Origin: Methanonatronarchaeales archaeon
GTDB taxonomy: Archaea > Halobacteriota > Methanonatronarchaeia > JAANXF01
Direction of reading: 5' to 3'
Assembly: GCA_018263395.1 (NCBI GenBank)
Contig: JAANXF010000017.1
Coordinates: forward strand, 16,001-80,000
DNA: 64,000 nucleotides
The stretch's first letter is position 1. Each line of letters starts with the position of its first letter. Below, piece after piece: positions 18,372-30,853 of the stretch. The position numbers were made by a program, and so were the translations under genes. Below the pieces are notes generated by a model, which had not been told where the DNA came from, ran no database searches, and saw only the letters and a list, made by a program, of their open reading frames with translations.

Positions 18372-19355
18372 TCAGAGCCAGTCCATCATGTCGCGGAGTC
18401 TCGCGCCGACCCTCTCGACGGGGTGATCGGCCTCGCGTCGCCTCAGTGCCCCGAGGCTGGGCCGGCTGGCCCTGTTCTCCAGGACGAACTCGCGGGCGAA
18501 CTCGCCGCTACGCACCTCGTCCAGCACGTCCTCCATGGCGGCGCGGCTCTCCTCCCCCACCACGCGGTCTCCCCGGGTGAGGCCGCCGTACTCCGCCGTG
18601 TTTGAGACGTTGTCCCACATCCCGGCGAGGCCGCGGCGGTGTACCAGGTCGACGATGAGCTTCAGCTCGTGCAGCGACTCGAAGTAGGCCACCTCTGGCT
18701 GGTACCCGGCGTCCACCATGGTCTCGAAGCTCGCCTTGATGAGGGAGGTGACGCCACCGCAGAGGTCGACCTGCTCACCGAACAGGTCGGTCTCAGTCTC
18801 CTCGGCGAAAGTCGTCTCGATGACGCCGGCCCGCGTGCAGCCGATGCCCCGTGCGTAGGCCAGGGCACGGTCCAGTGCCCCGCCGGTGGCGTCCTGCTCC
18901 ACGGCGACGAGGCCCGGCACGCCGGCTCCCTCGTCGTAGGTCTGCCGAACCAGGTCGCCAGGGCTCTTCGGCGCCACCATGAATACGTCAACGTACTCCG
19001 GCGGCACGATCTGGTTGAAGTGCACGTTGAAGCCGTGCGAAAATGCCAGTCCGTCCCCCTCCTCCAGATTCGGGGCCACCTGGTCCTCGTAGACGCCCGG
19101 CTGCGCCTCGTCCGGTATGAGCATAACGACCACGTCCGCGCCCGCCGCGGCCTCCTCCGTCGGCAGGACGTCCATGCCCTCCGATACGGCCCGCTCCCAG
19201 GAGGGACCCTCGCGGAGCCCCACGACGACGTCGAGGCCGCTGTCCCTCAGGTTCAGGGACTGCGCCCGTCCCTGGGAACCGTACCCAACGACCGCTATGC
19301 GTGAACCCTCGAGGAACGCGGGGTCCGCGTCCTCCTCGTAGAACATATTGACCAT
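18372..19355 (-). CDS. ilvC: Ketol-acid reductoisomerase
   Basis: The sequence is [46 protein letters not shown]...GGVTSLI. ggaggtcaaagg precedes the ATG at 19355. The track ORF (19505) is over-extended. Confidence 0.9.
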   Translation of the reverse strand: MVNMFYEEDADPAFLEGSRIAVVGYGSQGRAQSLNLRDSGLDVVVGLREGPSWERAVSEGMDVLPTEEAAAGADVVVMLIPDEAQPGVYEDQVAPNLEEGDGLAFSHGFNVHFNQIVPPEYVDVFMVAPKSPGDLVRQTYDEGAGVPGLVAVEQDATGGALDRALAYARGIGCTRAGVIETTFAEETETDLFGEQVDLCGGVTSLIKASFETMVDAGYQPEVAYFESLHELKLIVDLVHRRGLAGMWDNVSNTAEYGGLTRGDRVVGEESRAAMEDVLDEVRSGEFAREFVLENRASRPSLGALRRREADHPVERVGARLRDMMDWL

Positions 19356-19556
19356 CCTTTGACCTCCGTCAACGGCACCGCTACGGTCCGGATAATGGCG
19401 CGACGGAAGCATAATAGCAGCGGAAGTGGGCCCCAACCCCGGGGGTTTCAGTGTCCCGAACGTGGAGACGTGCCCCTCCTGAGCGACGCAACCTCCGTAA
19501 CCCATCTCCGTCCCTCGCCGTCAGGAGTTCGGCTCTAAACTGACTCGCTCCGTCAT

Positions 19557-20054
19557 CTACTCAGTCCCCGTGTACTTCGGTCCGCGGGCCATCGCGGCGA
19601 CGCCCGTTCGGGCGACCTCCTTGATGCCGTGCTCCCTGAGCAGGTCCAGCATGGCCTGAATTTTGTCCTCGGTCCCGGTGACCTCCACGGTGACGGTGTC
19701 GCGGGAGACGTCGATGACGGCGCCGCGGAACACGTCGGCCACCTGCATCACCTCGCTCCGTGACTCCGGGCTGGAGACGTCCACCTTCACGAGGGCGAGC
19801 CCCCTCTCGACGCACCCGGCGTCGAGGTGCGTGACCTTGATTACGTCCGGCAGCTTGTTGAGGTGCTTCGTGAGCTGCTCCAGGACCTTCTCGTCCCCGT
19901 CCAGGGTCAGTGTCATCCTCGATACGTCGCTTCGCTCAGTCACACCCACGCTTATGGAGTCGATGTTGAAGCCGCGGCGGGAGAAGAGCCCCGAGACGCG
20001 GTTCAGGACGCCGGGCTGGTTCTCCACGAGCACCCCGATTACGTGTCTGCTCAC
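19557..20054 (-). CDS. ilvN: Acetolactate synthase small (regulatory, ACT) subunit
   Basis: The 165-aa ORF has [34 protein letters not shown] and lies directly downstream of ilvB. Confidence 0.9.
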   Translation of the reverse strand: MSRHVIGVLVENQPGVLNRVSGLFSRRGFNIDSISVGVTERSDVSRMTLTLDGDEKVLEQLTKHLNKLPDVIKVTHLDAGCVERGLALVKVDVSSPESRSEVMQVADVFRGAVIDVSRDTVTVEVTGTEDKIQAMLDLLREHGIKEVARTGVAAMARGPKYTGTE

Positions 20055-20055
20055 C

Positions 20056-21741
20056 TTATCCCTCCAGTATCTCGTTTATGGCGGCGCCGGCCGGGACCAT
20101 CGGGAAGACGTTCTCCTCCCGGGCCACGCGGAAGTCCAGGACGACCGGGCCGTCGTGCTCCAGCGCCTCCCGGACGGCGTCCTCCACCTCGCTCGGCCTC
20201 TCGACCGTGACCCCCTTTACGCCGTAGGACTCTGCTACGCGGGCGAAGTCCGGGACCTGGTCCAGGTCAGTGGAGCTGTAGCGCTCCCCGAAGAAGAGCT
20301 CCTGCCACTGCCGAACCATGCCGAGGTAACCGTTGTTCAGTATCGCGACCTTGACCGGTATGTCGTTCAGGGCCACGGTGGCGAGCTCCTGTATGTTCAT
20401 CTGGAGGGAGCCGTCGCCTGCCACGTCCCAGACCGTGGCGCCGGGCCTGCCCACCTGTGCACCTATGGCGGCCGGGAACCCGTACCCCATGGTCCCGAGC
20501 CCGCCGCTGGAGACGAGGCTCCGGGGCTTGGTGTAATCGAAGAACTGGGCCGCCCACATCTGGCACTGCCCCACCTCAGTTGCGATGACGGTGTCCTCCG
20601 GGGAGTGCTGATTTATGGCCTCAACGACGCTCTGGGGCTTGATGACGTCGTCCGACTCCTCGTAGTCCAGCGGGTACTCCCTCTTCCAGCGCTTCACCTT
20701 CTCGCGCCACTCGGAGCCGTCCCTCACCGCCATCTCCTCCAGCGTTGAGTTCAGCTCCCCGAGCACGTCCCCCGCGTCCCCGACTATCGGGACGTGGGCC
20801 TCCACGTTCTTGGATATCTCGGCCGGGTCTACGTCGATGTGGATGACGGTGGCGTTCGGGGCGAAGGCGTCGAGCTTGCCGGTAACCCGATCGTCGAAGC
20901 GGGCGCCGACGGCTATGAGCAGGTCGCTCTCGGTGACGGCGTAGTTCGCGGCCTTCGTGCCGTGCATGCCCAGCATCCCGAGGCTCAGCGGGTCCCGCTC
21001 GTCGAAGGCCCCGAGCCCCATCAGGGTGGTCGTCACCGGGGCCCCCGTGATCTCGGCCAGCCTCCGCAGCTCCCGGGACGCCCCGCTGGCTATCACTCCG
21101 CCGCCCGCGTAGACGACGGGTCTGTCGGCCCCTGAGATGGCCTCCGCCGCCCTCTTCACCTGCCGCGGGTGACCACCGTACGTCGGGGAGTACCCCCTGA
21201 TGCCCCTCTTCACGTCGTCCACCGAGGGGTACTCCACGTCGGTCTCGGCCGTCTGTACGTCCTTCGGCAGGTCCACGACGACCGGGCCGGGCCTCCCGGT
21301 GTTCGCGAGGAAGAAGGCCTCCCTCATGACGCCGGGCAGCTCGTCCGCGTCCTGGACCAGGTAGTTGTGCTTCGTTATCGGCATCGTTATCCCGGTGACG
21401 TCCGCCTCCTGGAAGGCGTCGTTACCTATCATGCCCGTCGGGACCTGCCCCGTTACGGCGAGAATGGGCACCGAGTCCATGTGGGCCGTCGCGATGCCAG
21501 TTACGAGGTTCGTGGCGCCGGGCCCGCTGGTCGAGAGACACACCCCCACCTCGCCGGTGGCCCTTGCGTAGCCGTCGGCGGCGTGGGCCGCGGCCTGCTC
21601 GTGCCTGGTGAGCACGTGGTTCAGGTCCGCGTCGTAGAGCGTGTCGTACAGGTTGATTATCGCGCCGCCGGGGTACCCGAATACGGTGTCCACTCCCTCG
21701 GCGTCGAAGCTCTCCAGCACGACGTCGCATCCATTCCTCAT
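20056..21741 (-). CDS. ilvB: Acetolactate synthase large (TPP-dependent) subunit
   Basis: The 561-aa ORF has [23 protein letters not shown] and the TPP motif [14 protein letters not shown]...NNGYLGMV. Confidence 0.92.
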   Translation of the reverse strand: MRNGCDVVLESFDAEGVDTVFGYPGGAIINLYDTLYDADLNHVLTRHEQAAAHAADGYARATGEVGVCLSTSGPGATNLVTGIATAHMDSVPILAVTGQVPTGMIGNDAFQEADVTGITMPITKHNYLVQDADELPGVMREAFFLANTGRPGPVVVDLPKDVQTAETDVEYPSVDDVKRGIRGYSPTYGGHPRQVKRAAEAISGADRPVVYAGGGVIASGASRELRRLAEITGAPVTTTLMGLGAFDERDPLSLGMLGMHGTKAANYAVTESDLLIAVGARFDDRVTGKLDAFAPNATVIHIDVDPAEISKNVEAHVPIVGDAGDVLGELNSTLEEMAVRDGSEWREKVKRWKREYPLDYEESDDVIKPQSVVEAINQHSPEDTVIATEVGQCQMWAAQFFDYTKPRSLVSSGGLGTMGYGFPAAIGAQVGRPGATVWDVAGDGSLQMNIQELATVALNDIPVKVAILNNGYLGMVRQWQELFFGERYSSTDLDQVPDFARVAESYGVKGVTVERPSEVEDAVREALEHDGPVVLDFRVAREENVFPMVPAGAAINEILEG

Positions 21742-23225
21742 GCCTCCTCCTCCAGCAACCGGTTCACCCCGTCGATCATCGCCTCCACGCTAGCCATGAT
21801 TATGTCCGCGCGGGCGCCGTGGGCCGTGACGATTCTGCCGTCCCTGCTCAGCTTGATCACGACCTCGACCAGGGCGTCGGTCCCGCCCGTTATGGCCTCG
21901 ACGCGGTAGTTCTCCAATTGGATGTCGGCCATCCCCTTAATAGCTTTCCTGAGCGCCCTGATGGGGGCGTCCACCGGACCCACCCCCGTGGACGCCTCGT
22001 CGACCGTTTCGTCATCTATGTTCAGTCTAACGGACGCCGTAGGGGTGACCTTGTTCCCGGAGACCACTGTGAGGTCCTCCAGACGCACCACCGGCTCCTT
22101 CTCGAACTTCAGCACCGTCTCGGCTATGGCCTCGACGTCCGCGTCCGTTATCAGCTTCCCCTTGTCCGAGAGGTCCTTCACGCGCTCGGTTATCTCCACC
22201 ACCTGCTCCTCCGAGGCCTCGACGCCCCGCTCCCCGAGGTAGGCCCTCACCGAGGAGCGCCCTATGTGCTTCCCCAGGACGAACCTCCGCTTTCTGCCGA
22301 CCGCCTCCGGCGTTATGGGCTCGTAGGTCGATTCGTCCCTGAGCATTCCGTGCACGTGTACCCCGCTCTCGTGCGTGAAGGCGTTCTCACCGACGATGGG
22401 TTTGTTGAGGGCGATGGGCATCCCGGTGAGTCGGGACACGAGCCTCGACGCCTCGTAGAGCTGTCCCATGTCCACGCCGCAGGCGAGTTCGTTCAGTGCG
22501 CTCGCGTTGGAGACGACCTCCTCCAGCGACGCGTTGCCGGCCCTCTCCCCGATACCGTTGACGGTGACGTGTACCTCGGAGGCCCCGGAGAGGAGTGCCT
22601 CCACGGTGTTGGACGTGGCGTTGCCGAAGTCGTTGTGACAGTGGACCGCGAGCGGGACTTCGAAGGAGCCCGACAGCCTCTCGAATAGCGAGGAGGTCCT
22701 CCTCGGCGTCAGTACCCCGACCGTGTCGCAGAAGACCAGTCGGTCCGTGCCCGCCTCCACCCCCCTGCCGTAGAGCTGCTCCAGGAAGTCCGTGTCGGCC
22801 CTGGAGGCGTCCTCCGCCGACAGCTCCACCACCAGGCCGTGGTCCCTGGAGAGCTCCGTCATCTCCGTGGCCAGGTCCAGCACCTCCTCTCCGGTCCTGC
22901 CGAGCTTCTCCTCTATGTGGGTCCTGGACGAGGGCAGCACGAGGTGTACGGCGTCTACGCCGCACCCGGCGGCCTGCTCTATGTCGGTGTCCAGTGCACG
23001 GCAGTAGCTGGCCACCTCGGCCTCCAGCCCCTCGTCCGCCACCCGCCCTATGCCCCTCCTCTCCCCCTCGGAGGTGGCGACGGAGCCGGCCTCGATGGTG
23101 TCGACCCCCATGGAGTCCAGCTGCCTGGCTATCCAGAGCTTCTCCTCCGAGGTGAGCGAGATCCCGGGCGTCTGCTCACCGTCCCTCAGCGTCGTGTCCA
23201 GGACCCTGAACTCCCCTTCGTGCAC
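21738..23225 (-). CDS. 2-isopropylmalate synthase / (R)-citramalate synthase family enzyme
   Basis: It has [27 protein letters not shown] and a C-terminal LeuA-dimer-like regulatory domain. LeuA and CimA cannot be separated by eye. Confidence 0.85.
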   Translation of the reverse strand: MHEGEFRVLDTTLRDGEQTPGISLTSEEKLWIARQLDSMGVDTIEAGSVATSEGERRGIGRVADEGLEAEVASYCRALDTDIEQAAGCGVDAVHLVLPSSRTHIEEKLGRTGEEVLDLATEMTELSRDHGLVVELSAEDASRADTDFLEQLYGRGVEAGTDRLVFCDTVGVLTPRRTSSLFERLSGSFEVPLAVHCHNDFGNATSNTVEALLSGASEVHVTVNGIGERAGNASLEEVVSNASALNELACGVDMGQLYEASRLVSRLTGMPIALNKPIVGENAFTHESGVHVHGMLRDESTYEPITPEAVGRKRRFVLGKHIGRSSVRAYLGERGVEASEEQVVEITERVKDLSDKGKLITDADVEAIAETVLKFEKEPVVRLEDLTVVSGNKVTPTASVRLNIDDETVDEASTGVGPVDAPIRALRKAIKGMADIQLENYRVEAITGGTDALVEVVIKLSRDGRIVTAHGARADIIMASVEAMIDGVNRLLEEEA

Positions 23226-23336
23226 TGTGCCCCGTATTCTGCAGGCACTCGATTAAGTCTTGTCTTCGGGGATGGGGCGACCTGGCCGTCTGAAGGAAAG
23301 GGTTAATAGCTCCCTGATAGATATAAAGCCGGTGTT

Positions 23337-23579
23337 TTGGTGGTCGTCGGAGTCACCCTCGTAAACGTCACCCCCGGAAATGAGAAGAGCGTCTTCAGAG
23401 CCCTGAAGGACCTCGGCGGCGTGCGTGAGATCCTGCACGTGTTCGGCGAGTACGACTTCATTGCGATAGTCGACGTGGAGGGGCTGTCAAACCTTAACTC
23501 CGTGGTCGACCGGCTGCGCGAGGTCGACGGAGTAACCTCCACCCAGACGATAATAGGGGCGGAGATGCCCGCCCCATGA
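23337..23579 (+). CDS. Stand-alone Lrp/AsnC ligand-binding (RAM) domain protein
   Basis: The 80-aa ORF reads [48 protein letters not shown]...[14 protein letters not shown]-like gatagatataaag lies just upstream. Confidence 0.7.
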   Translation: MVVVGVTLVNVTPGNEKSVFRALKDLGGVREILHVFGEYDFIAIVDVEGLSNLNSVVDRLREVDGVTSTQTIIGAEMPAP

Positions 23580-23608
23580 GAGGGGTCCGTGGAGGAGGTG
23601 CGTCGTAA

Positions 23609-26600
23609 GTGGCCGAGGCGGGGGATTACGGCTCAGAGTCAATCCAGGTGCTGGAGGGTCTCGAGGCCGTAAGGAAGAGGCCCGGGATGTACATCGGCGG
23701 CACCGGGGCCAGGGGCCTGCACCACCTGGTCTACGAGGTGGTCGACAACTCGGTCGACGAGGCCATGGCGGACCACTGCTCCAGAATCCAGGTCTCCCTC
23801 CTCGAGGACAACGTGGTGGAGGTCAGCGACGACGGGCGCGGGATCCCGATAGAGGAGCACCCGGAGTACGGCGTCCCGGCCGTCGAGGTGGTCATGACGC
23901 GGCTGCACGCCGGCGGCAAGTTCGACCACAAGAGCTACAAGGTCAGCGGCGGCCTGCACGGCGTCGGGGTGTCCGTCGTCAACGCGCTAAGCGAGTGGCT
24001 CGTCGTGGAGGTCCGGAGGGACGGAAAGTTCTACAGGCAGAGGTTCGAGCGCGGGGTGCCCAGCAGGCCGGAGGTCGAGGAGGACTCCAGGGAAGAGGGG
24101 TCCGGGACCACGGTGAGGTTCAGGCCGGACCCCGAGCTCTTCGGGGATGGCAGGATCAGGTTCGACAGCCTCGTGGAGCGCATGAGGGAACTCGCCTTCC
24201 TGAACGAGGGCCTCAAGATCACGATAAGCTCCGGGGATGAGGAGAGGACGTTCAGGTACGAGGGGGGCATCTCCTCCTTCGTCGAGCACGTGAACCGGAA
24301 CCGCGACCCGCTGACCGGCGTCGTACACCTGGATGACGGGGACGAGGAGGTGCGGGTCGAGGCTGCTCTGCAGTGGACCTCGGAGTACGTCTCCTCGGTG
24401 TTCGCGTTCGCGAACAACATCAACACGCGGGAGGGCGGCACCCACCTGTCCGGGTTCAGGGGCGGCCTCACCCGCGCCGTGAACGAGTACGCGGAGAAGG
24501 AGGCCGGCGTCGAGGAGAGGTTCTCCGGTGACGACGTGAGGGAGGGCCTGACGGCCGTGATAAGCGTGATGATTCCGGAGCCCCAGTTCGAGGGCCAGAC
24601 CAAGACGAAGCTGGGCAACAGCGAGGTCAGGGGCGTGGTCGAGTCCATAGTCTACGACGGCGTCTCCAGGTTCCTGCAGGAGCACCCGACTGAGGCTGAC
24701 GGGATAGTGGAGAAGGCGCTCCACGCCCTTCGCGCGAGGAAGGCCGCCTCGGAGGCCAAGAAGCTGACGCGGCGAAAGAACGCCCTCAAGTCCACGCGGC
24801 TGCCGGGAAAGCTGGCGGACTGCTCCTCCAGGAAGCGCGAGGGCACGGAGCTCTTCATAGTGGAGGGGGACTCCGCCGGCGGCTCCGCGAAGCAGGCCCG
24901 GGACCGGGAGTTCCAGGCCATTCTTCCCCTGAAGGGCAAGATACTGAACGTGGAGAAGGCCCGGCTGGACAGGATTCTGAACAATGACGAGATAAGGAGC
25001 CTCATCACCGCCCTGGGGACCGGGATAGGCGACGAGTTCGACCTGGACGACGCCCGCTACTCCAAGGCAATCATAATGAGCGTCGATGGAGAGGAGCACG
25101 GCCTCGTGAGGGGTCCCGGGGGGGAGGCCCGCCTCGTCAGGATAGGGGAGTTCATTGATTCCGTGCTGGGTATGGACGGGGAGTTCGAGGGGTACGATGT
25201 CCTCTGCTTCGGCCTGGACGACCACGAGACCAGGTTCCGCCAGATAAACTACGTCGTTAGGCACGAGATTGAGGAGCCGCTCTACGAAATCGAGACGGCC
25301 TACGGGAGGAGCGTGAAGGTCACAGCCTCCCACAGCATCTTCGTGTACCGAGACGGCGAGGTGGAGCTCGCCAGAGGAGACGATATAAAGGAAGGAGACC
25401 TCGTTGTCGCCCCGAGAAACGTTCCTCTGCCGATGGAGCGCGAGGACGAAATCGATTTAGTCGAGGCCCTTATGGAAAGTGGGGCCTCCTGTTCCGAGGT
25501 ATTCCTTCAGGGCGGAGGCGCTGAGAACCTCCTGAAGAAAAAGGTCCTCGCCGAACACACCGGTACCGAGGCCGCGCGGAGGAGGGGGCGGGTCCCAAAA
25601 GAGGTTCTCCACAAGCTTAAGGCGGCGAGGGAGGAGGGGGGGCTCACCCAGTCGGACGTGTGCGAGGCTGTCGGCGTAAAGCAGCCCATAACGGTGTCTC
25701 ACTGGGAGGGGGGCATAAATCGACCCTCCCTCGAGAACTTCGAGGCCTACTGCGATGCAGTAGGAGTGCCCTTCGACGACGTGGCTAACGAGATAGAGGT
25801 CAAGTCCTCCCAGCTTGAAGAGAAGTGGAGCGGGGAGTACTCCGACTCCGGGCGGAACAGGGTCAGGTCCCGCGCCCGGCTGAGCGAACTAGAACCCGGG
25901 GATCTCGACCGCCTGCCCGATGACGCCGATGTCGAGCTGACGCCCGAGCACTACGCGGACCGGGGAATCGGAAGGTTCGTGAAGGTCGACGAGACCTTGA
26001 TGGAGCTGATGGGCTTCTACGTCGCCGAGGGAAGCTGCTCACCCCGTAACGGTATCCGGCTCTCGGTGGACGAGGAGCGACTAGTGGAGAAGTACCTCCA
26101 CGCGTTCCAGCACGTCTTCGGAATCGGGGCAAAGTTCTACGGCTACGAGGAGAGGACGGGTGAGGTCAAGCTCCTCAATCGCCCCGCGGCCATAGCGTGG
26201 AGAGAGGTACTCGAACTCGACGCCGAAACCTCATCCGAGAAGTCGATACCCGGCCTCGTGTTTAACGCTCGCCCCGAGGAGCGGAGGGCCTTCCTCCGCG
26301 GCCTCCTCGACGGAGACGGAACCGTGGCGGGAGACAGGGTAACGTGGTACACGGCCTCCCGCGGCCTCGCCAGCGGCCTGATGTACCTCCTCTCCTCCCT
26401 CGGAGTAACGGCCTCCCTGTCGGTCACGGATGCGGACGAGATTCCGGACGGCGAGATAAGGGGCGAACCCATCCGGACTGTCAGCGACCGGTACACCGTG
26501 ACGGTATCCGCAAGGTCGGACCTCGAAAGGATACGGGAGGTCTGGAGCGGCATCCCCGGTTCCGGGAGAATCAGGGAACGAGTCGATCGGGGATGGGACA

Positions 26601-27178
26601 ACGAGGCCAACCGGTCCTTCGAGGAGGTCAGCGACGACCTGTTCGCCCTCCCCGTCCGGTCGGTAAGGGAGGTGGAGCCGTCCGGGAGAAAGGTCTACGA
26701 CTTCTCCGTCGAGGAAGACGAGAACTTCGTCGCAGGAATCGGCGGCCTCTGCGCCCACAACACGGACGCCGACGAGGACGGGGCCCACATCGAGACGCTG
26801 CTCCTGACGTTCCTCTACCGGTATATGAAGCCCCTGATAGAGAGGGAAATGGTGTACCTCGCCAAGCCACCTCTCTACAGGGTGAGGAAGGGCGGCGGGG
26901 ACCACTACGTCTACACCGAGGGGGAAAAGGAGGAGCTGCTGGGAGAGATAGGGCGGCGCGGAGTATCGATGCAGCGCTACAAGGGCCTCGGCGAGATGTC
27001 GCCGAAGCAGCTCTGGGAAACGACGATGGACCCGGACAGCCGCGTCCTGCTACGGGTGGAGAACCCGGACGACGTGGAGGCCGACGAGCTCTTCACGACC
27101 CTGATGGGTAAGCACGTGGAGCCCCGCAGGGAGTTCATAAAGCGGCACGCGACGGAGGTGGAGAACCTTGACATCTGA
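23609..27178 (+). CDS. gyrB: DNA gyrase subunit B, interrupted in frame by an intein
   Basis: The GHKL N-terminus ([38 protein letters not shown]) is followed by Toprim ([14 protein letters not shown]). The sequence ...ARYSKAIIM / intein / [19 protein letters not shown] restores the canonical IIMTDADVDGAHI junction. Confidence 0.93.
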   Translation: MAEAGDYGSESIQVLEGLEAVRKRPGMYIGGTGARGLHHLVYEVVDNSVDEAMADHCSRIQVSLLEDNVVEVSDDGRGIPIEEHPEYGVPAVEVVMTRLHAGGKFDHKSYKVSGGLHGVGVSVVNALSEWLVVEVRRDGKFYRQRFERGVPSRPEVEEDSREEGSGTTVRFRPDPELFGDGRIRFDSLVERMRELAFLNEGLKITISSGDEERTFRYEGGISSFVEHVNRNRDPLTGVVHLDDGDEEVRVEAALQWTSEYVSSVFAFANNINTREGGTHLSGFRGGLTRAVNEYAEKEAGVEERFSGDDVREGLTAVISVMIPEPQFEGQTKTKLGNSEVRGVVESIVYDGVSRFLQEHPTEADGIVEKALHALRARKAASEAKKLTRRKNALKSTRLPGKLADCSSRKREGTELFIVEGDSAGGSAKQARDREFQAILPLKGKILNVEKARLDRILNNDEIRSLITALGTGIGDEFDLDDARYSKAIIMSVDGEEHGLVRGPGGEARLVRIGEFIDSVLGMDGEFEGYDVLCFGLDDHETRFRQINYVVRHEIEEPLYEIETAYGRSVKVTASHSIFVYRDGEVELARGDDIKEGDLVVAPRNVPLPMEREDEIDLVEALMESGASCSEVFLQGGGAENLLKKKVLAEHTGTEAARRRGRVPKEVLHKLKAAREEGGLTQSDVCEAVGVKQPITVSHWEGGINRPSLENFEAYCDAVGVPFDDVANEIEVKSSQLEEKWSGEYSDSGRNRVRSRARLSELEPGDLDRLPDDADVELTPEHYADRGIGRFVKVDETLMELMGFYVAEGSCSPRNGIRLSVDEERLVEKYLHAFQHVFGIGAKFYGYEERTGEVKLLNRPAAIAWREVLELDAETSSEKSIPGLVFNARPEERRAFLRGLLDGDGTVAGDRVTWYTASRGLASGLMYLLSSLGVTASLSVTDADEIPDGEIRGEPIRTVSDRYTVTVSARSDLERIREVWSGIPGSGRIRERVDRGWDNEANRSFEEVSDDLFALPVRSVREVEPSGRKVYDFSVEEDENFVAGIGGLCAHNTDADEDGAHIETLLLTFLYRYMKPLIEREMVYLAKPPLYRVRKGGGDHYVYTEGEKEELLGEIGRRGVSMQRYKGLGEMSPKQLWETTMDPDSRVLLRVENPDDVEADELFTTLMGKHVEPRREFIKRHATEVENLDI
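25079..26761 (+). mobile_element. 561-aa intein with LAGLIDADG homing-endonuclease core and an embedded XRE-like HTH
   Basis: It starts with Ser (SVDGEE...), has block [12 protein letters not shown] and LAGLIDADG motifs [10 protein letters not shown] and [12 protein letters not shown], and ends ...[23 protein letters not shown] followed by Thr+1. An internal [29 protein letters not shown] resembles an HTH_3. Confidence 0.88.
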
Positions 27179-29672
27179 GGCGTCCGAGGCGAACAGGATA
27201 GCTCAGGAGATAGTGGACACCCCCCTCGTGGACAAGATGAGGGAGGCCTACCTCGAGTACTCCATGTCCGTCATCGTCGGGCGTGCGATACCGGACGTCC
27301 GTGACGGACTGAAGCCGGTGCAGCGACGAATCCTCTACGCCATGCACGACATGGGTCTCAGGCACGACAGGCCCTACAAGAAGTCCGCCACCGTGGTCGG
27401 CGAGACGATGGGGAAGTACCACCCCCACGGCGACGCCGCGATATACGACACCCTCGTCAGGATGGCGCAGGACTTCTCCCTCCGCAACCCGCTGGTCGAC
27501 GGTCACGGAAACTTCGGCTCGATGGACGGCGACTCCCCGGCGGCGATGCGGTACACCGAGGCCCGGCTCACGGAGCTCTCCGGCGAACTGCTGGAGGACC
27601 TGGATAAGTCGACGGTGGAGTGGCGCGACAACTTCGACGGCTCCCTGCAGGAGCCCGAGGCCCTTCCGTCGAAGGCCCCGAACCTCCTGATAAACGGCGC
27701 CAGCGGCGTGGCCGTCGGGATGGCCACGAACGTTCCGCCCCACAACCTGCGGGAGGTCTGCGACGCCGGGATACGCCTCATAGACGAACCTGACTGCACC
27801 GTGGAGGAGCTGATGGAGCACGTGAGGGGACCGGACTTCCCGACCGGCGCAACGATAACGCGGGACGGAATACGGCAGGCCTACGCCACGGGCACCGGCA
27901 AGGTCACGATGCGTGGCAGGGCCCGCGTCGAGGAGGGCGAGAAGCGCGACACGGTGGTCATAGAGGAGGTTCCCTACCAGGTCAACAAGGCACGACTCGT
28001 GAAGTCGACCTCGGACCTCGTGACGGAGGGACACCTGGAGGGCATACGGGACCTCAGGGACGAGTCCGACCGCGAGGGGGTACGGGTCGTCCTGGAGCTG
28101 GAGAGAGGGGTCTCGGGACACGCCGTGCTGAACCAGCTCTACGAGTCCACGCGCATGGAGAGCACCTTCGGCGTGATAAACCTCTCCATAGTTGACGGCG
28201 AGCCGCGGCTCCTGACGCTGAAGGAGACCCTCGAGCAGTTCCTGAAGCACCGGGTCGAGGTGGTGGAGCGCCGGACCCGTCACGAGCTCGAGAGGGCGAG
28301 GTCCAGGGCACACGTCCTGAAGGGCCTCAGAACCGCGCTCGCGGACATAGAGGCCGTCGTGGAGCTGATACGGGAGAGCGAGGACACCGCGGAGGCGAGG
28401 CAGGGCCTGATGGAGGAGTTCGACCTGACGGAGGAGCAGGCGAAGGCGATACTGGACATGAGGCTCCGCCGCCTCACCTCCATGGAGGCACGGGAGGTCG
28501 AGGAGGAGCACGCCTCCCTGCTGAGCGACATAGAGCGCTACGAGGAGGTCCTTTCCTCCCGCGAGGAGGTTCACTCCATAATCCGGGAGGAGCTCGCCCA
28601 CCTGAAGGAGGAGTACGGCGACGAGCGCCGCACCGAGATCGTGGAGGGCGGCGACAGGACGATACGCGACCTCGTGGTGGAGGAGACTGTGCTCCTGACG
28701 AGGAGCAGCGAGGACTACGTCAAGAGGACGCCGCTCGTGGATTACAGGCTCCAGAACCGGGCCGGGACCGGGATCATCGGGGCCGACCCGGGCGGCGGCG
28801 AAATCGTCGAGTCCCTGGTGGCCAGCACGCTGGACAGGCTGCTGGTCTTCACGGAGTCGGGACAGGTCTTCGATACCGACGTCTTCAGGCTGCCTGAGAG
28901 GGACCGCACCTCGAAGGGACGGCCCCTCGTCATGTCGCTGCAGGAGCTGGGCGACGAGGAGGTCGCCGCGACGCTGGCCCTGCCCGAGGACGCCGAGGGC
29001 TGCCTGCTCTTCGCCACGAGGCGCGGAAAGGTGAAGAAGACCGACCTCTCCCGCTACGGAAACATCTTCTTCGTCGGCATACGGGCGATAGAGCTGGAGG
29101 AGGGCGACTCCCTGGTTGACGTGGCGCTCGTGAGGGAGGGGCAGGACGTGGTGCTCGGCACCGCCTCAGGCCAGTCGGTGAGGTTCCCGCAGGGCGAGGC
29201 CCGCGAGATGGGTCGCGCCACCCGCGGCGTGCGCGGCGTCGAACTGGACGAGGGGGACGAGGTGACGGCTATGGAGGCCGCGGAGCCCGGCGACATGGTT
29301 CTCTCCGTCACCTCCACGGGGTACGGCAAGATGACGCCCCTGGAGGGCTACAGGCGGACGCACCGCGGCGGAAAGGGCGTGATCAGCGTGAAGACGCGGG
29401 GCGGAAGACTGGCGGGGCTGAGGGCGGTCTCGGGGGACGAGGAGGCCGTGCTCACCACTGCGGGCGGCCGGACCATACGGTTCCCGCTCAGCGGCGTCTC
29501 AACCATGTCCAGAAACACCCAGGGAGTGAAGCTGATGGACGTGAGGGACGACCGCGTCGTGGGCGTCGAGATCGCGCCACCCGGGGAGGACGAGCCGGAG
29601 GAGGTCGAAGAGGTTGAGGGAGAGGCAGAGGATGGAGAGACTGAGGGCGGAGAGGGGGAGAAAGAGAGCTAA
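27168..29672 (+). CDS. gyrA: DNA gyrase subunit A
   Basis: The 834-aa ORF has [19 protein letters not shown], the [10 protein letters not shown] active-site Tyr region and C-terminal beta-pinwheel repeats. Its TTG start overlaps the gyrB end. Confidence 0.93.
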   Translation: MTSEASEANRIAQEIVDTPLVDKMREAYLEYSMSVIVGRAIPDVRDGLKPVQRRILYAMHDMGLRHDRPYKKSATVVGETMGKYHPHGDAAIYDTLVRMAQDFSLRNPLVDGHGNFGSMDGDSPAAMRYTEARLTELSGELLEDLDKSTVEWRDNFDGSLQEPEALPSKAPNLLINGASGVAVGMATNVPPHNLREVCDAGIRLIDEPDCTVEELMEHVRGPDFPTGATITRDGIRQAYATGTGKVTMRGRARVEEGEKRDTVVIEEVPYQVNKARLVKSTSDLVTEGHLEGIRDLRDESDREGVRVVLELERGVSGHAVLNQLYESTRMESTFGVINLSIVDGEPRLLTLKETLEQFLKHRVEVVERRTRHELERARSRAHVLKGLRTALADIEAVVELIRESEDTAEARQGLMEEFDLTEEQAKAILDMRLRRLTSMEAREVEEEHASLLSDIERYEEVLSSREEVHSIIREELAHLKEEYGDERRTEIVEGGDRTIRDLVVEETVLLTRSSEDYVKRTPLVDYRLQNRAGTGIIGADPGGGEIVESLVASTLDRLLVFTESGQVFDTDVFRLPERDRTSKGRPLVMSLQELGDEEVAATLALPEDAEGCLLFATRRGKVKKTDLSRYGNIFFVGIRAIELEEGDSLVDVALVREGQDVVLGTASGQSVRFPQGEAREMGRATRGVRGVELDEGDEVTAMEAAEPGDMVLSVTSTGYGKMTPLEGYRRTHRGGKGVISVKTRGGRLAGLRAVSGDEEAVLTTAGGRTIRFPLSGVSTMSRNTQGVKLMDVRDDRVVGVEIAPPGEDEPEEVEEVEGEAEDGETEGGEGEKES

Positions 29673-29696
29673 TTAAGGGCCCCGGAATAGGCGATT

Positions 29697-30036
29697 TCAG
29701 CCGAACTCCTCCTCGTAGATACTCTCCAGTTCATTTTCGAGCCGAGGAAACTCGTCCTTTACGACGTTCCAGACGATGGACCAGTCGATTCCGAAGTAGT
29801 GGTGAATCAGCCTGTCACGCATACCGGCCATCTTTCTCCACTCAACCCCCATGCCTCTTCCTGAACTCGTCCGACAGGTTCTTCGCCGCCTCCCCGATTA
29901 CCTCGAAGCTCCTCGCGAAGGCCCTCTTGAGTACCCCGTCCTCCTCCAGTTCCTCGAGTGTCAGGCCGCGGCTGTTCCTCCTCAGGAAACCGATTTCTTC
30001 TATGACGTGTCTGAGGAACTCCTCGTCGGGCCTCAA
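29697..30036 (-). pseudogene. hepT: HepT/DUF86 HEPN toxin with a +1 frameshift in a homopolymer
   Basis: Frame 1 reads (M)RPDEEFLRHVIEEIGFLRR...FEVIGEAAKNLSDEFRKRHGG-stop. Frame 2 continues VEWRKMAGMRDRLIHHYFGIDWSIVWNVVKDEFP...EEFG-stop and carries the Rx4H motif. The switch is at the C5 run 29846-29850. The span is 340 nt, which is 3n+1. Confidence 0.75.
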
Positions 30037-30331
30037 ACCATATGACTACCTCCCTCTCCACCCGGGGCCTCACGTAGCGGTGCAGACCCCTTTTGGTGAC
30101 GAGGTCCACCCTCTCGTCGAGCACGTCCTCGAGGAAGAACGCCAGGTCCATGAAGTGGTCGAAGGTGCCCTCCCCCGTCCTGAACTCTACGACGATGTCT
30201 ATGTCGCTCCCCTCGACGGCCTCGCCCCTGGCCGCCGAGCCGAAGAGCCCGATGGACTCCACGCCGAACTCTCTCTGCATCCGGGAAAGCTCCTGCCGCA
30301 GGACCCCCAGGACCTCGTCCCTGGAACGCAT
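29807..30331 (-). CDS. mntA: MntA-type nucleotidyltransferase (antitoxin); the ORF lacks a stop at the expected end and reads through hepT
   Basis: The sequence is MRSRDEVLGVLRQELSRMQREFGVESIGLFGSAARGEAVEGSDIDIVVEF...VTKRGLHRYVRPRVEREVVIW. The conserved domain ends near 30040. The frame then stays open to 29807, a high-GC read-through. Confidence 0.7.
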   Translation of the reverse strand: MRSRDEVLGVLRQELSRMQREFGVESIGLFGSAARGEAVEGSDIDIVVEFRTGEGTFDHFMDLAFFLEDVLDERVDLVTKRGLHRYVRPRVEREVVIWFEARRGVPQTRHRRNRFPEEEQPRPDTRGTGGGRGTQEGLREELRGNRGGGEEPVGRVQEEAWGLSGERWPVCVTG

Positions 30332-30523
30332 GGGAACCACTCTCCACTCAGAAAACATAACTCTGCCTGCGAATCCGGCGTCACCCGACTGCACGATTTC
30401 CTCCATCGAGTCGGTAAAGTCTCCAGCGAGAACCCATCCTCCAGGTCCGCAGGGATGGAGGGAGGGCTGTCATCCATCGATTCGAAGCCCCGGATGGGCA
30501 CCGGGGTTTCCGGGGACGTGCAT

Positions 30524-30853
30524 TCAGGCGACTTCGACGCCCGTCTCCACGGCTCTGTAGACGATGTTCGGCCTTCTGTCTCTCCTCTTTTCGAATTCCT
30601 CAGGGGTGAGGCAGATGAACTCCGGGTCGGGAAGCTCGTCGTAGTTCCAGTGGCGGTAGAACAGCTTCGGCCTCGCGTAGTTGCTGACTCCCTCGAAGTC
30701 GGGGGAGACGAGGACGAGGTCCACATCGCTGGAGGGCCTGTAGTCCTCCCCGGCCCTGGAGCCAAAGACTATGACGAGGGCCAGCTCGATGCCCTCCTCC
30801 TCGGCCGTCCTGAGCACGTTTACCCTGGCTTTTTCTACCGTCTCTTTATCCAT
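30524..30853 (-). CDS. Minimal nucleotidyltransferase (MNT)
   Basis: The 109-aa ORF has LVIVFGSRAGEDYRPSSDVDLVLVS and overlaps the upstream HEPN gene. Confidence 0.8.
   Translation of the reverse strand: MDKETVEKARVNVLRTAEEEGIELALVIVFGSRAGEDYRPSSDVDLVLVSPDFEGVSNYARPKLFYRHWNYDELPDPEFICLTPEEFEKRRDRRPNIVYRAVETGVEVA

Noticed and set aside
19356-19556. A 200-nt spacer inside the ilvBN-ilvC cluster; considered as a regulatory leader or riboswitch.
   Set aside because: I can see only weak TATA-like words (ctattatg, ccattatc), consistent with an internal ilvC promoter. There is no convincing conserved structure, and amino-acid leader or T-box mechanisms are not established in archaea.
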